A stretch of DNA of 64,000 nucleotides from Alphaproteobacteria bacterium (GTDB lineage Bacteria; Pseudomonadota; Alphaproteobacteria; UBA6615). Shown here in pieces: positions 37,442-46,076 of this stretch (position 1 is the first letter of the stretch; every line of letters begins with the position of its first letter). The notes beneath the pieces are model-generated. The model did no database searches. It saw only the letters and a program-made list of their open reading frames with translations, and had not been told where the DNA came from. The stretch is from contig JAJFJA010000005.1 in the NCBI GenBank assembly GCA_021774445.1, positions 73,790 to 137,789 on the forward strand, given 5' to 3'. A program made the translations under genes and the position numbers.

Positions 37442-38170
37442 TTAGTGATGAAGAATCTTGGCCAAAAAACGCTGTGCCCGTTCGCTGCGGGAGTTCGTGA
37501 AGAATTCCTCAGTTGGGCAATCCTCGATGATTTTTCCCTCGTCCATAAAGATGACCCGATGGGCGACTTTTCGGGCAAATCCCATTTCGTGCGTGACGCA
37601 CAACATCGTCATGCCTTCCCGGGCCAGCTCGACCATCACATCGAGAACTTCATTGATCATTTCCGGATCAAGGGCGGACGTCGGCTCATCAAACATCATG
37701 GCCACCGGATCCATGGCGAGAGCCCGGGCGATCGCCACCCTTTGCTGCTGACCGCCGGACAGGTGGGTCGGGTATTTTGTCGCTTGGTCGGCAAGCCCGA
37801 CCCGGGTCAACAGCCCGCGCGCCTTAGCGTCGGCCTCGTCCGCACTGCGTTTGAGCACTTTGCGTTGCGCCAGCACAAGATTCTGCAAGATGGTCAGATG
37901 CGGAAACAACTCGAAATTCTGGAAGACCATGCCAACGCGCATGCGTAACTTGGACAAGTTAGTCTTGGTATCACTGACACTGATATCGTCCACCCGGATC
38001 GTACCGGAGTCGAAGGGCTCCAAGCCGTTGACGCACTTAATCAGAGTCGATTTGCCTGACCCGGATGGTCCGCAGATGACGACGACTTCGCCCTGCTCTA
38101 TCTTGGTCGAGCAGTCTTTCAACACCTGGAAGGTGCCGTAAGCCTTGGAAACGTTCTCGAGTGTAATCAT
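37442..38170 (-). CDS. Polar amino-acid ABC transporter ATP-binding protein (GlnQ/HisP-like)
   Basis: Walker A GPSGSGKST, signature LSGGQQQRVAIARAL, Walker B MMFDEPTSALD. Confidence 0.9.
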   Translation of the reverse strand: MITLENVSKAYGTFQVLKDCSTKIEQGEVVVICGPSGSGKSTLIKCVNGLEPFDSGTIRVDDISVSDTKTNLSKLRMRVGMVFQNFELFPHLTILQNLVLAQRKVLKRSADEADAKARGLLTRVGLADQATKYPTHLSGGQQQRVAIARALAMDPVAMMFDEPTSALDPEMINEVLDVMVELAREGMTMLCVTHEMGFARKVAHRVIFMDEGKIIEDCPTEEFFTNSRSERAQRFLAKILHH

Positions 38171-38182
38171 GAGGCCTTTCCG

Positions 38183-41161
38183 TCAAAAGCGGTCCAGGAG
38201 ATAGGGCCGGATATCCAGCGCCGGGCTCCCGTTGCAGATCAGTTGCGCGGTCAGCCGTGCGACGGCCGGCGCCAGGGTGTAACCATTCGAGGTGACCGCA
38301 TTGAAGAACCCCGGCGCACCCGGCGCCTCACCGATAATCGGGGCGCCGTCGATATTGACATTCATGCCGGCCCAGCTCCGCAGCACATGCAGCCCGGCCA
38401 ACTGTGGCAGGACTTGGTTTGCAATCCACAGATTGCCCTCAATGCTCTCGCGCACCGTCACGTTCATGTTCTGATGCTCGCTGTAGCACGCAGTCCAAGC
38501 ACCGCCGATGACGATGCCACCAGATGAAAGCTGCTTCAGGCTCAAATGCCGGTCGGCGTGGGCAACGAGTTGATCGATAAGCACGGGAGCTCGCTCCGTC
38601 ACAATCATCTGCAGCGGCGCGCTGTAGACCGGCAGGTCCAGGCCGGCCATCGCGCCGACAGATCGTGCCCAGGGACCGGCTGCATTCACCACCCGACCCG
38701 CTTTGATCGCGCCGCGATTTGTATCCACCCGCCAGCCGCCATTGACCCTTTCCAGACCGACTACGTCCGTGCTGCGCAGGTATCGTGCACCGATACGCTG
38801 CGCTTCTTCGAGCACCCGATAGGTCGCTGTCAGCGGATTGATCTTGCCCTCGTGCGGGGAATATTCGGCGCCGATCATATTGTCCGATAAGGCCGGTGCC
38901 AAATTCTTGAGTTCGTCGCGGCCGACAATCTCAGCCTCAAGACCATAACTACGTTCCAGAAGTGCTTTCTTATTCAGAAACTCCATGCCGGCGTCGCTTT
39001 CGGCGACCATCAGGCCGCCGGTGATACGGATTTCGAAATCATGGCCGCAGTTTTCCGCAATCTCCTGCCATAACGACACCGCCCAGGGACCGAGCGGTAA
39101 TGTCGCCGCAGCCGGGCCCCCGCCCGCCTCGGCCTTATCGCCAAAGTCGAACGATAGGAGTTGCACGTGTAAGCTGCCGGCATTAGCCCCCGATGCTTGG
39201 AGATTGGCGTCATCGCGTTCGACCACCAAAACATCTCGCCCCGCTTTGGCAAGCTCGTAGGCGAGACAAGCTCCGACCACACCACCGCCGATGACCACGA
39301 TATCTGCCGCGTCGGCGCCGAAGGCCGGCGCCGGGACGGCTCTTGAAAGGTCCGGCGAGCCGGCGCGCTGGTGGCCGCCCCATTCCGGTTTCCTGATGGC
39401 AAGGGCGGCGGCGGGAAAGGGCTTCACCGGCAGGCGCGGCGCAAAGCCCTGTGCAGCCTCCGGCGCCCCGTCGGTTGGGTGGCCAATCAAATGGACGGCG
39501 ACCGCCGTACAGTAACGCCCCTGGCAGCGGCCCATGCCAAGCCGGGTTCGGCGCTTCAGAACGGCAAGGTTGGCTACGCCATTCTCGATCTCCGATCGAA
39601 TTCGGCCAAAGTCCAGGCTTTCGCAACGGCAGAGAATCGTCCGGTCAGGGATCTGTTCCAAACGAACCGGCGGCGCCTCGAACAGGGTCCACAACAAGAC
39701 CTGGAACGCTTGGGCACGTTGCCGCGAACGCGTGGCGTGGGTCAGGAGAGTCTCGGCACCGGCAGCAAACCCTAGTTGCTTCGCCGCGGCGACGCCCGCG
39801 ATGGTGCCCGCCGCTTCCGCCACCGCTGCCCCGGCAACCCGCGCGCCGTCGCCGACTGCAAAAACGCCAGCAATGCTGGTCTCGCCGAGGTCGGAAGTTT
39901 CTACGCAGAGTGAGCCCAGATGACGCGGATCATGGCGCATGCGGCACCCAAGCGCATTGGCGATTTCGCTTGAGGCGATAAAGCCGTAGCCGAGGCACAG
40001 TACGTCGGCGGAAATGAGCTGTGCCCGTGCTGTGACCGCCCGACCGTCAGCCTCTACCGGCGCTAACTGAACGGCCCCGAGCCGATCCTCACCCATCGCC
40101 GCGATCGCGACATGCGACCATAGCACCGGTACGCGTTTTCGCTTCAGCCGCAGCAGGTACCCGACCCCCTCGATCATCTTCGCAGCATCGGCGCCGAACG
40201 CACGCGTCATCGGCGTCAAGCGTCGCGGCGCCGGCGCGCTTTCGGCCAGCGCAACGACGTCGACCCCGCGGTCGACAAGGTCGGCCGCGAGCTGAAAATT
40301 AAGCGGGCCATTCCCGGCGATCACAACTCGTTCCCCCGGCGAAACCTGATAAGCGCGGGCCAGTGTCTGGGCCGCGCCAGTTGTCATGACGCCCGGTAGT
40401 GTCCATCCCGGTAGCGGCATCGCCCGTTCATAGGCACCGGTGGCGAGAATCAGCCGACGAGGCGTGAAGAGAATGGTCTCGCCCCCAACCAGTGCCACCA
40501 CTTCCGCCGCCGAAAAGGCACCCCAGACCGTCGCGTCTTGCATGAGTTTTACGCCGGCCGCCCGGGCTCGACCGATCAGTTGCGCGCCGCGCGCGAATTG
40601 GGTGTCAGGCGCGGTAGGGGCCGCATGTGAGGGCGCAACAGGTTTGTAATATTGCCCACCGCTTTGGGCGCGCTCGTCCAGGACGATAACACTCGCGCCA
40701 CATTGCCTGGCGGCAAGGGCCGCCGAGAGGCCGGCCGGACCCGCGCCAATCACGAGAATGTCGATTTCCTGCATCGGCAACTCGGCCCGATCGGGACAGG
40801 CTACAATGGGTTTCAACAAATCGAGGGCGGTACCGGCCGGCGGCAGCGATCGAACATCCTCTCCGCCGGTCACCTTGGTTAAGCAGGCGCGCTGACTGGC
40901 CCGGCCGTCAACCGTGACCGCACAGTCAAAGCACGCCCCCATGCCGCAATACAGCCCGCGCCAGTCCGGTTCCCCATTCGGCCGGCCGATTTCGGATTGA
41001 CGCATCGCCGAGATGCCGCTTGCCGTCAGCGCCGCAGCAATCGTTTCGTTCGTGAGCGCACGCACTCGACGGCCATCGAACGTGAATTCAACCACTTCGC
41101 CGGCGCGCCTCACTTTTCGGCGCCGCAGCCGTCTGCCAAGTTCGTTTGACGGGTCGTTCAC
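38183..41161 (-). CDS. Fused (2Fe-2S)/FAD-NAD(P)/FAD-dependent oxidoreductase: HcnA-like + HcnB/OoxA-like + HcnC/OoxB-like (DAO) domains in one 992-aa polypeptide
   Basis: N-terminus CGMGACFDC (2Fe-2S, HcnA/SoxA-N type); DILVIGAGPAGLSAALAA Rossmann; BFD-like CRCESLDFG...GMGRCQGRYC; second Rossmann ADIVVIGGGVVGACLAYELA starting a DAO/sarcosine-oxidase-beta-like domain. Confidence 0.85.
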   Translation of the reverse strand: MNDPSNELGRRLRRRKVRRAGEVVEFTFDGRRVRALTNETIAAALTASGISAMRQSEIGRPNGEPDWRGLYCGMGACFDCAVTVDGRASQRACLTKVTGGEDVRSLPPAGTALDLLKPIVACPDRAELPMQEIDILVIGAGPAGLSAALAARQCGASVIVLDERAQSGGQYYKPVAPSHAAPTAPDTQFARGAQLIGRARAAGVKLMQDATVWGAFSAAEVVALVGGETILFTPRRLILATGAYERAMPLPGWTLPGVMTTGAAQTLARAYQVSPGERVVIAGNGPLNFQLAADLVDRGVDVVALAESAPAPRRLTPMTRAFGADAAKMIEGVGYLLRLKRKRVPVLWSHVAIAAMGEDRLGAVQLAPVEADGRAVTARAQLISADVLCLGYGFIASSEIANALGCRMRHDPRHLGSLCVETSDLGETSIAGVFAVGDGARVAGAAVAEAAGTIAGVAAAKQLGFAAGAETLLTHATRSRQRAQAFQVLLWTLFEAPPVRLEQIPDRTILCRCESLDFGRIRSEIENGVANLAVLKRRTRLGMGRCQGRYCTAVAVHLIGHPTDGAPEAAQGFAPRLPVKPFPAAALAIRKPEWGGHQRAGSPDLSRAVPAPAFGADAADIVVIGGGVVGACLAYELAKAGRDVLVVERDDANLQASGANAGSLHVQLLSFDFGDKAEAGGGPAAATLPLGPWAVSLWQEIAENCGHDFEIRITGGLMVAESDAGMEFLNKKALLERSYGLEAEIVGRDELKNLAPALSDNMIGAEYSPHEGKINPLTATYRVLEEAQRIGARYLRSTDVVGLERVNGGWRVDTNRGAIKAGRVVNAAGPWARSVGAMAGLDLPVYSAPLQMIVTERAPVLIDQLVAHADRHLSLKQLSSGGIVIGGAWTACYSEHQNMNVTVRESIEGNLWIANQVLPQLAGLHVLRSWAGMNVNIDGAPIIGEAPGAPGFFNAVTSNGYTLAPAVARLTAQLICNGSPALDIRPYLLDRF

Positions 41162-41208
41162 CCGGTTCAGTGCCTCAATTTCGCTCGAACGCGGCCAGGA
41201 TAGCCGAT

Positions 41209-41234
41209 ATATTCATTATATACATAATGAATAT
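41209..41234. promoter_or_regulatory. 26-bp perfect palindrome ATATTCATTAT-ATAC-ATAATGAATAT in the divergent promoter region
   Basis: Seen directly: 11-bp arms, 4-bp spacer, AT-rich in a GC-rich genome, centred between the oxidoreductase operon (-) and the dapA-like/ABC operon (+). Candidate operator, for example for the local GntR regulator. Confidence 0.4.
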
Positions 41235-41277
41235 TTTCTGTATTATCGCTGCTAAATAAAAACGTAGATAGGCTGAA

Positions 41278-42186
41278 ATGAGCCGATTTCGCGGAACCTA
41301 CACAGTAATGGTCACGCCGTTCGAACCGGATGGGAGGTCCGTCGACATCGCCGCGTTGCGCCATCTCGTCGATTGGCAGATCAAGGAAGGAATTCATGGT
41401 CTGGTCCCGTTGGGCAGCACGGGCGAGTTCCTATCCATAAGCCGGGAGGAGCGGCAACTGGTCATTGAGACTTGCGTCAGCGAAGCCGGTGGCCGGGTGC
41501 CCGTGCTGATTGGAACCGGCGCGGAAGCCACGTTCGAGGCAGTGGAGCTGTCCCGCGAAGCCGAAGCATTGGGCGCCGACGGCGTCATGGTTATCCCGCC
41601 GTTTTATTCCACCCCCACGGAAGACGAACTGTTCGCGCATTACCGCAAGATCGGCGAGGCCATCTCGGTTCCCGTCATGGTCTACAACAATCCGGCGACC
41701 GCTAATGTCGACCTCGTTCCACAGACCATCGATCGCCTCAGTCACATCGACAACGTGACCATGGTGAAGGAGTCCACGCTCGAGGTCACCCGGGTTCGAG
41801 ATATTCTCGAGCTTTGCGGGAATCGTATCGAGGTATTTGCCGGCGTTCTTGGCTACGAGTCCTTTTGGCTCGGTGCCGTAGGCTGGGTTTCGGTCTGCTC
41901 CAATCTCATTCCCCGCGCCTCCGCCGATCTGTTCACGCTGGTCGCCGACCATGCCGACCACGCGGGCGCCCTGACGCTTTATCGTCGAATACTACCGATC
42001 ATACGTTGGGTTGGCGGCCATCGTTATGTGTCGGCCACAAAGGCGGGTTTGGACATGATGGGGCTGCCGGTCGGAGACCCACGGCCCCCGCGCCTGGCGC
42101 TTCCGGCAAATGAACGCAACGCGTTGGCGGAAGAGCTCTCACGCCAGGGACTTAAACAATCCTTGGCGCCAGCGTTCGCCAACTGA
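41278..42186 (+). CDS. Dihydrodipicolinate synthase/N-acetylneuraminate lyase family (DapA-like class I aldolase/deaminase)
   Basis: 302 aa with TPFEPDGRSVDIAALRHLVDWQIKEGIHGLVPLGSTGEF and a Schiff-base Lys region (VTMVKEST). Confidence 0.85.
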   Translation: MSRFRGTYTVMVTPFEPDGRSVDIAALRHLVDWQIKEGIHGLVPLGSTGEFLSISREERQLVIETCVSEAGGRVPVLIGTGAEATFEAVELSREAEALGADGVMVIPPFYSTPTEDELFAHYRKIGEAISVPVMVYNNPATANVDLVPQTIDRLSHIDNVTMVKESTLEVTRVRDILELCGNRIEVFAGVLGYESFWLGAVGWVSVCSNLIPRASADLFTLVADHADHAGALTLYRRILPIIRWVGGHRYVSATKAGLDMMGLPVGDPRPPRLALPANERNALAEELSRQGLKQSLAPAFAN

Positions 42187-42235
42187 GGCCGGAAGAATCA
42201 GCAACACGTACCAGCGAAGAAAGGAAGACCAACAA

Positions 42236-43084
42236 ATGTTTAGGAGTATTACAGGGAAGATCGCTTACGCCTCACTTGGTGCTGCAATGGCATCACTGTT
42301 CAGCGCATCCGTCGCGTCGGCGCAGGATTGTACACCGACAGTTTCGGATAGCGCGTTGATTGAGCCGGGCAAGTTGATCATGTCAACCAATCCGACCCTG
42401 CCGCCGATGCAATTCGTCGACTCAAGCGGCACGCTAAAAGGCATGCGGATCACCCTCGGCGACGAGGTCGCAAAGCGCCTATGCCTTGAACCTGAGTACA
42501 TCCGCATCGAATTCTCGGCCATGATACCCGGGCTCCAGGCAGGCCGCTGGGATGTCATCAACACCGGCATCTTCTGGACCGCAGAGCGCGCCGGCATCAT
42601 GCAGATGATCCCTTATGAGTCCCAAGCGATCAGCATCTCAGTGCCGACCGGCAACCCGGCCGGCATCTCTAAGGCCGAAGATCTTGCCGGCAAGACCGTC
42701 GGTGTCGAGATCGGCGGTTTTGAGGAAGCGAAAGTGAAGCTGCTGGCCGAGGAACTCACCGCCAAGGGCATGGAGAGACTCGAGGTCCGCACATTTGACA
42801 ATTTCGCCACAGCCTATCAAGCGTTACGGGCAGGACAGACCGATGCCACCGTTAGCATCGATTCAACCGCCGCCGAATACGCCACGCGCGGCGAGTTCGA
42901 TCGCGCGATATCCGGCTTGTTCGCCACCCCGGTCGCACTTGCCATGGCAAATGAAGAGCTTGCCAATGCGGTCTTGGAAGTCATGAACGAGATGATGGAG
43001 GACGGCAGCTACACGGCGCTGCTCGATGAGTATGGCGTTTTGGCCAATACCGAGCCGTTCGTCATTCGCGGCCCGAACGGCTAG
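42236..43084 (+). CDS. Polar amino-acid ABC transporter substrate-binding protein (family 3)
   Basis: Signal peptide MFRSITGKIAYASLGAAMASLFSASVASA and SBP_bac_3 fold. Start reset to the ATG at 42236 after GAAAGGAAG. Confidence 0.85.
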   Translation: MFRSITGKIAYASLGAAMASLFSASVASAQDCTPTVSDSALIEPGKLIMSTNPTLPPMQFVDSSGTLKGMRITLGDEVAKRLCLEPEYIRIEFSAMIPGLQAGRWDVINTGIFWTAERAGIMQMIPYESQAISISVPTGNPAGISKAEDLAGKTVGVEIGGFEEAKVKLLAEELTAKGMERLEVRTFDNFATAYQALRAGQTDATVSIDSTAAEYATRGEFDRAISGLFATPVALAMANEELANAVLEVMNEMMEDGSYTALLDEYGVLANTEPFVIRGPNG

Positions 43085-43163
43085 GATCGTTACCTCCTGT
43101 CTGGGCACGTCCGCCGATGCCGGCGGGCGTGCCTCTTTTTTTTGATATCGCGAGCGGGGCAGC

Positions 43164-43865
43164 ATGAACAGAAGCGTTTGGGACTGGGGCGGATTCCAAG
43201 ACTATGTCTTCAACGAGTTCCTGTTCTTCGGTGTCCTTTGGACCATTGGGCTCACGGTCGCGGCAATCATCGGCGGCTTAGTGCTCGGCGCCGTGCTCGC
43301 GCTCATGCGCGTGTCGCCGGTCAAGGCGATTTCCTTTTTCGCCCAGTTCTATATTTGGCTGTTCAGGGGAACACCGCTGCTGGTCCAGCTATTGATCATA
43401 TTCACCGGCCTGCCGCTCGCAATCGGCGTGCGGTTTAGCGTGCTGGAAGCAGCGCTACTGGGCTTGATCTTGAACGAAGCCGCCTACCTCGCCGAGATCA
43501 TTCGCGGCGGTATCCTCGCCGTCCCAGCCGGTCAAAGCAATGCCGCCAGGGCTCTCGGCCTCAACCCCGTGCAGGTCATGCGGTATATCGTCTTGCCGCA
43601 GGCCGCCCGCATCATCGTCCCGCCGCTGGGCAACAGCGTGAACGGGTTATTGAAAACAACGTCCGTGACTTCCGTCATTTCCATGGAAGAGCTCTTGCGG
43701 AGAACGCAGATACTCATCCAGGAGCGCTTTCTCGTGCTCGAGCTTTTCGCAGTGGCGGCGATCTACTACCTGATCCTCACCACGCTTTGGGACCTTGTCC
43801 AACGTCGGATCGAGGCAAGATTCGGCAAGGCTTACAGCAAAGTCCAGATCGCCGAAAGCTACTGA
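43164..43865 (+). CDS. Polar amino-acid ABC transporter permease (His/Glu/Gln/Arg/opine family)
   Basis: 233 aa with EAAxxLG-type motif (EAAYLAEIIRGGILAVPAGQSNAARALGL). Confidence 0.85.
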   Translation: MNRSVWDWGGFQDYVFNEFLFFGVLWTIGLTVAAIIGGLVLGAVLALMRVSPVKAISFFAQFYIWLFRGTPLLVQLLIIFTGLPLAIGVRFSVLEAALLGLILNEAAYLAEIIRGGILAVPAGQSNAARALGLNPVQVMRYIVLPQAARIIVPPLGNSVNGLLKTTSVTSVISMEELLRRTQILIQERFLVLELFAVAAIYYLILTTLWDLVQRRIEARFGKAYSKVQIAESY

Positions 43866-43881
43866 GACCGGTAGCACCTTG

Positions 43882-44724
43882 CTAGCCGAAGCCGTAGAGC
43901 CGGGCCGGGTTCTCGCTAAGGATCATGTCGCGAACAGGCGGACTATCGGTCCAATGCAGCAACGTATCCAGTAGGTCACCATCATCCGGTTTCGCGGCCG
44001 GGTCCGGCCCACCCAGATGCGGCCAGTTGCTGCCCCACAGCATGCGCTCCGGCGCCACCTCGATCAGTGCCTTGGCCAAGGCGCCGGAGTGCTCGAGGTA
44101 GGGCGGCTCGCCCCAAGCGGATTCATAGGGGGCGGACAGCTTGACATAACAACGGCCGGTGTCGACCAGGCGGAGCAGCGCCTTGAAGCCCGGATGGTCG
44201 GTAGTCACCGGTTCGAGGAATTTACCGATATGATCGAGCACCAGTATGTTCGGAAGCCGTTCCAGCAGTGTCGCGTACTCAACGAGTTCGACCCCGTTAA
44301 GCTGCACGTGCACATGCCAACCGACCGGCATCACTTTGGCCGCAATCGCCGGCACATCGGTCCAATCGAACCGGCTGCCCGACAGCATATACAATGCGGC
44401 GCCGCGAATCCCAGCCGCCGTCAGGTGATCGAGCTCCTGTCCGCTGACCGATGCATCGACGGCAGCGGTGCCGCGAGCGCCGGGGCCGAACGTCTCCATC
44501 GCGGCCAAGACCCACGCGTTGTCCGTGCCATAGCATGGGGCCTGAGTCATGATGCAGCGCTCAATCCCCAGACGGTCCGCGACCGCCCGGTATTCGACGA
44601 TGGAGGCTTCGGGAAAAGCTTCCTGCCCCGGTGCCACAGGAAAGCGGGATGTCGGGTAGACGATATGCACGTGGCAGTCACAAGTTCCGGCCGGCGCCTG
44701 CAAGCGTGGATGCGATGAGCTCAT
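43882..44724 (-). CDS. Amidohydrolase_2 family protein (PF04909; lactonase/decarboxylase-type metal hydrolase)
   Basis: 280 aa with CDCHVHIV start and family conservation (similar to LigI/fuconolactonase-type enzymes). Confidence 0.8.
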   Translation of the reverse strand: MSSSHPRLQAPAGTCDCHVHIVYPTSRFPVAPGQEAFPEASIVEYRAVADRLGIERCIMTQAPCYGTDNAWVLAAMETFGPGARGTAAVDASVSGQELDHLTAAGIRGAALYMLSGSRFDWTDVPAIAAKVMPVGWHVHVQLNGVELVEYATLLERLPNILVLDHIGKFLEPVTTDHPGFKALLRLVDTGRCYVKLSAPYESAWGEPPYLEHSGALAKALIEVAPERMLWGSNWPHLGGPDPAAKPDDGDLLDTLLHWTDSPPVRDMILSENPARLYGFG

Positions 44725-44729
44725 CGGCC

Positions 44730-45932
44730 TTACTCCAGCGCTGTGGCGAGATCGAGCCGGCAGTTCGTCCAGGCCCCGTTCGCCTTGCTCGAATCGATTG
44801 CCGCCTGCACAAATTTCACGCCGCGGGCGCCATCAAGCACATTGGGAAATTGCAGCGCCAGAGGGTCGGTTTCCTTGCCAGCGCGCCGGCTGGCGATTGC
44901 TTCCGCAGCGTCGGAATAGATATTGGCAAATCCCTCATGGAAGCCTTCGGGATGCCCCTTAACGATACGGGCCGCCCGCGCACTCAGAGGTAGGGTCCCG
45001 GGGCCATTGCGCGTCCGGGTCTGAGCCGGTCCGTCGAGAGGCAAGAAAGTCAACACATTCGGATGCTCTTGCCACCATTCGATGCTGCCGCGCGTTCCCG
45101 AGACGCGGATGCGCAGACAGTTCTCGACGCCAGCCGCGGCTTGGGTGACCCAAAAACTGCCGCGGGCGCCACCGGCGAAGCGTAGCAGCGCCCCGGCATA
45201 GTCATGCACCAGCCGCGCCGGTACGATGGTCCCAACCTCGGCGGCCAACTCGTCCACATCCAACCCGGTAACAAAGCAGGCCAGGTTATGGGCGTGGGTG
45301 CCGATATCCCCCATCACCAACGACGGCCCGCCGCGCACCGGGTCATAGCGCCATGGTACCGGGCCGGCTTTGGGATCCGGATCATTCTCAGCGGCTTTGC
45401 CACCCTGCACATATTCCACTTGGACCAAACGAAGCTCGCCGAGTTGTCCGTCCGCCACCATGGCGCGGGCCTGACGCACCATGGGGTAACCGGTGTAGTT
45501 GTGTGTCAACGCAAAGACCAAGCCGGTTTCACGCACCTTCTTCACCAAGTCGATCGCTTCGTCGACGCTATTGCAGAGCGGCTTGTCGCAGATCACGTCG
45601 AAGCCGTGCCCAAGGGCGGCCATGCTGTATTCATGATGGGTGTCGTTCGGCGTCATGATGGCAACGACATCGGCGCCGTTGGGATGCTCGGCCTCCGCGG
45701 CAATCAGTTTGGCGGCGGACTCATAGGCTCGATCGGCAGGCAAGCCGATGCCCCGCGCTGCTTCCCGGGCGCGGCCGGCATTCGACGACAGCGCCGCGGC
45801 GACGATTTCATAACGGTCGTCCAGCCGGGCCGCAGTCCGGTGCATTGCACCAATAAAAGAGCCGGGGCCACCGCCAATCACGGCAAGACGTAGGCGGCGC
45901 CCTAGGGCTTGTATGACCGGGTTGGTATCCAT
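44730..45932 (-). CDS. Gfo/Idh/MocA family NAD(P)-dependent oxidoreductase
   Basis: RLAVIGGGPGSFIGAMH Rossmann N-terminus and DVICDKPL. Paralog of the 52704..53909 gene. Confidence 0.85.
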   Translation of the reverse strand: MDTNPVIQALGRRLRLAVIGGGPGSFIGAMHRTAARLDDRYEIVAAALSSNAGRAREAARGIGLPADRAYESAAKLIAAEAEHPNGADVVAIMTPNDTHHEYSMAALGHGFDVICDKPLCNSVDEAIDLVKKVRETGLVFALTHNYTGYPMVRQARAMVADGQLGELRLVQVEYVQGGKAAENDPDPKAGPVPWRYDPVRGGPSLVMGDIGTHAHNLACFVTGLDVDELAAEVGTIVPARLVHDYAGALLRFAGGARGSFWVTQAAAGVENCLRIRVSGTRGSIEWWQEHPNVLTFLPLDGPAQTRTRNGPGTLPLSARAARIVKGHPEGFHEGFANIYSDAAEAIASRRAGKETDPLALQFPNVLDGARGVKFVQAAIDSSKANGAWTNCRLDLATALE

Positions 45933-46076
45933 GGGTGTCCTCCAGGCGTGTCGATAGAACGGGCGACACTAGTGATCGCAGCGGCCGCGTCAGATCGCAA
46001 CTACTAAAGGTTTCGGAACAAGGATCCGCACATGACCGCAACGGTCGCGCGTTCGTCTGTTGGATCGGCTATGGCC

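Noticed and set aside
42110-42235. ORF-track N-terminal extensions of several genes
   Set aside because: Upstream of internal ATG/GTG codons with SD sequences: for example 42110->42236, 51021->51084, 52644->52704, 54044->54089, 50286->50121, 37578->37428, 19573->19606, 2080->2233, 59850->59652, 9007->8983. The extensions are Arg/Pro-rich and overlap neighbouring genes or the riboswitch; the track evidently allows TTG/GTG starts.
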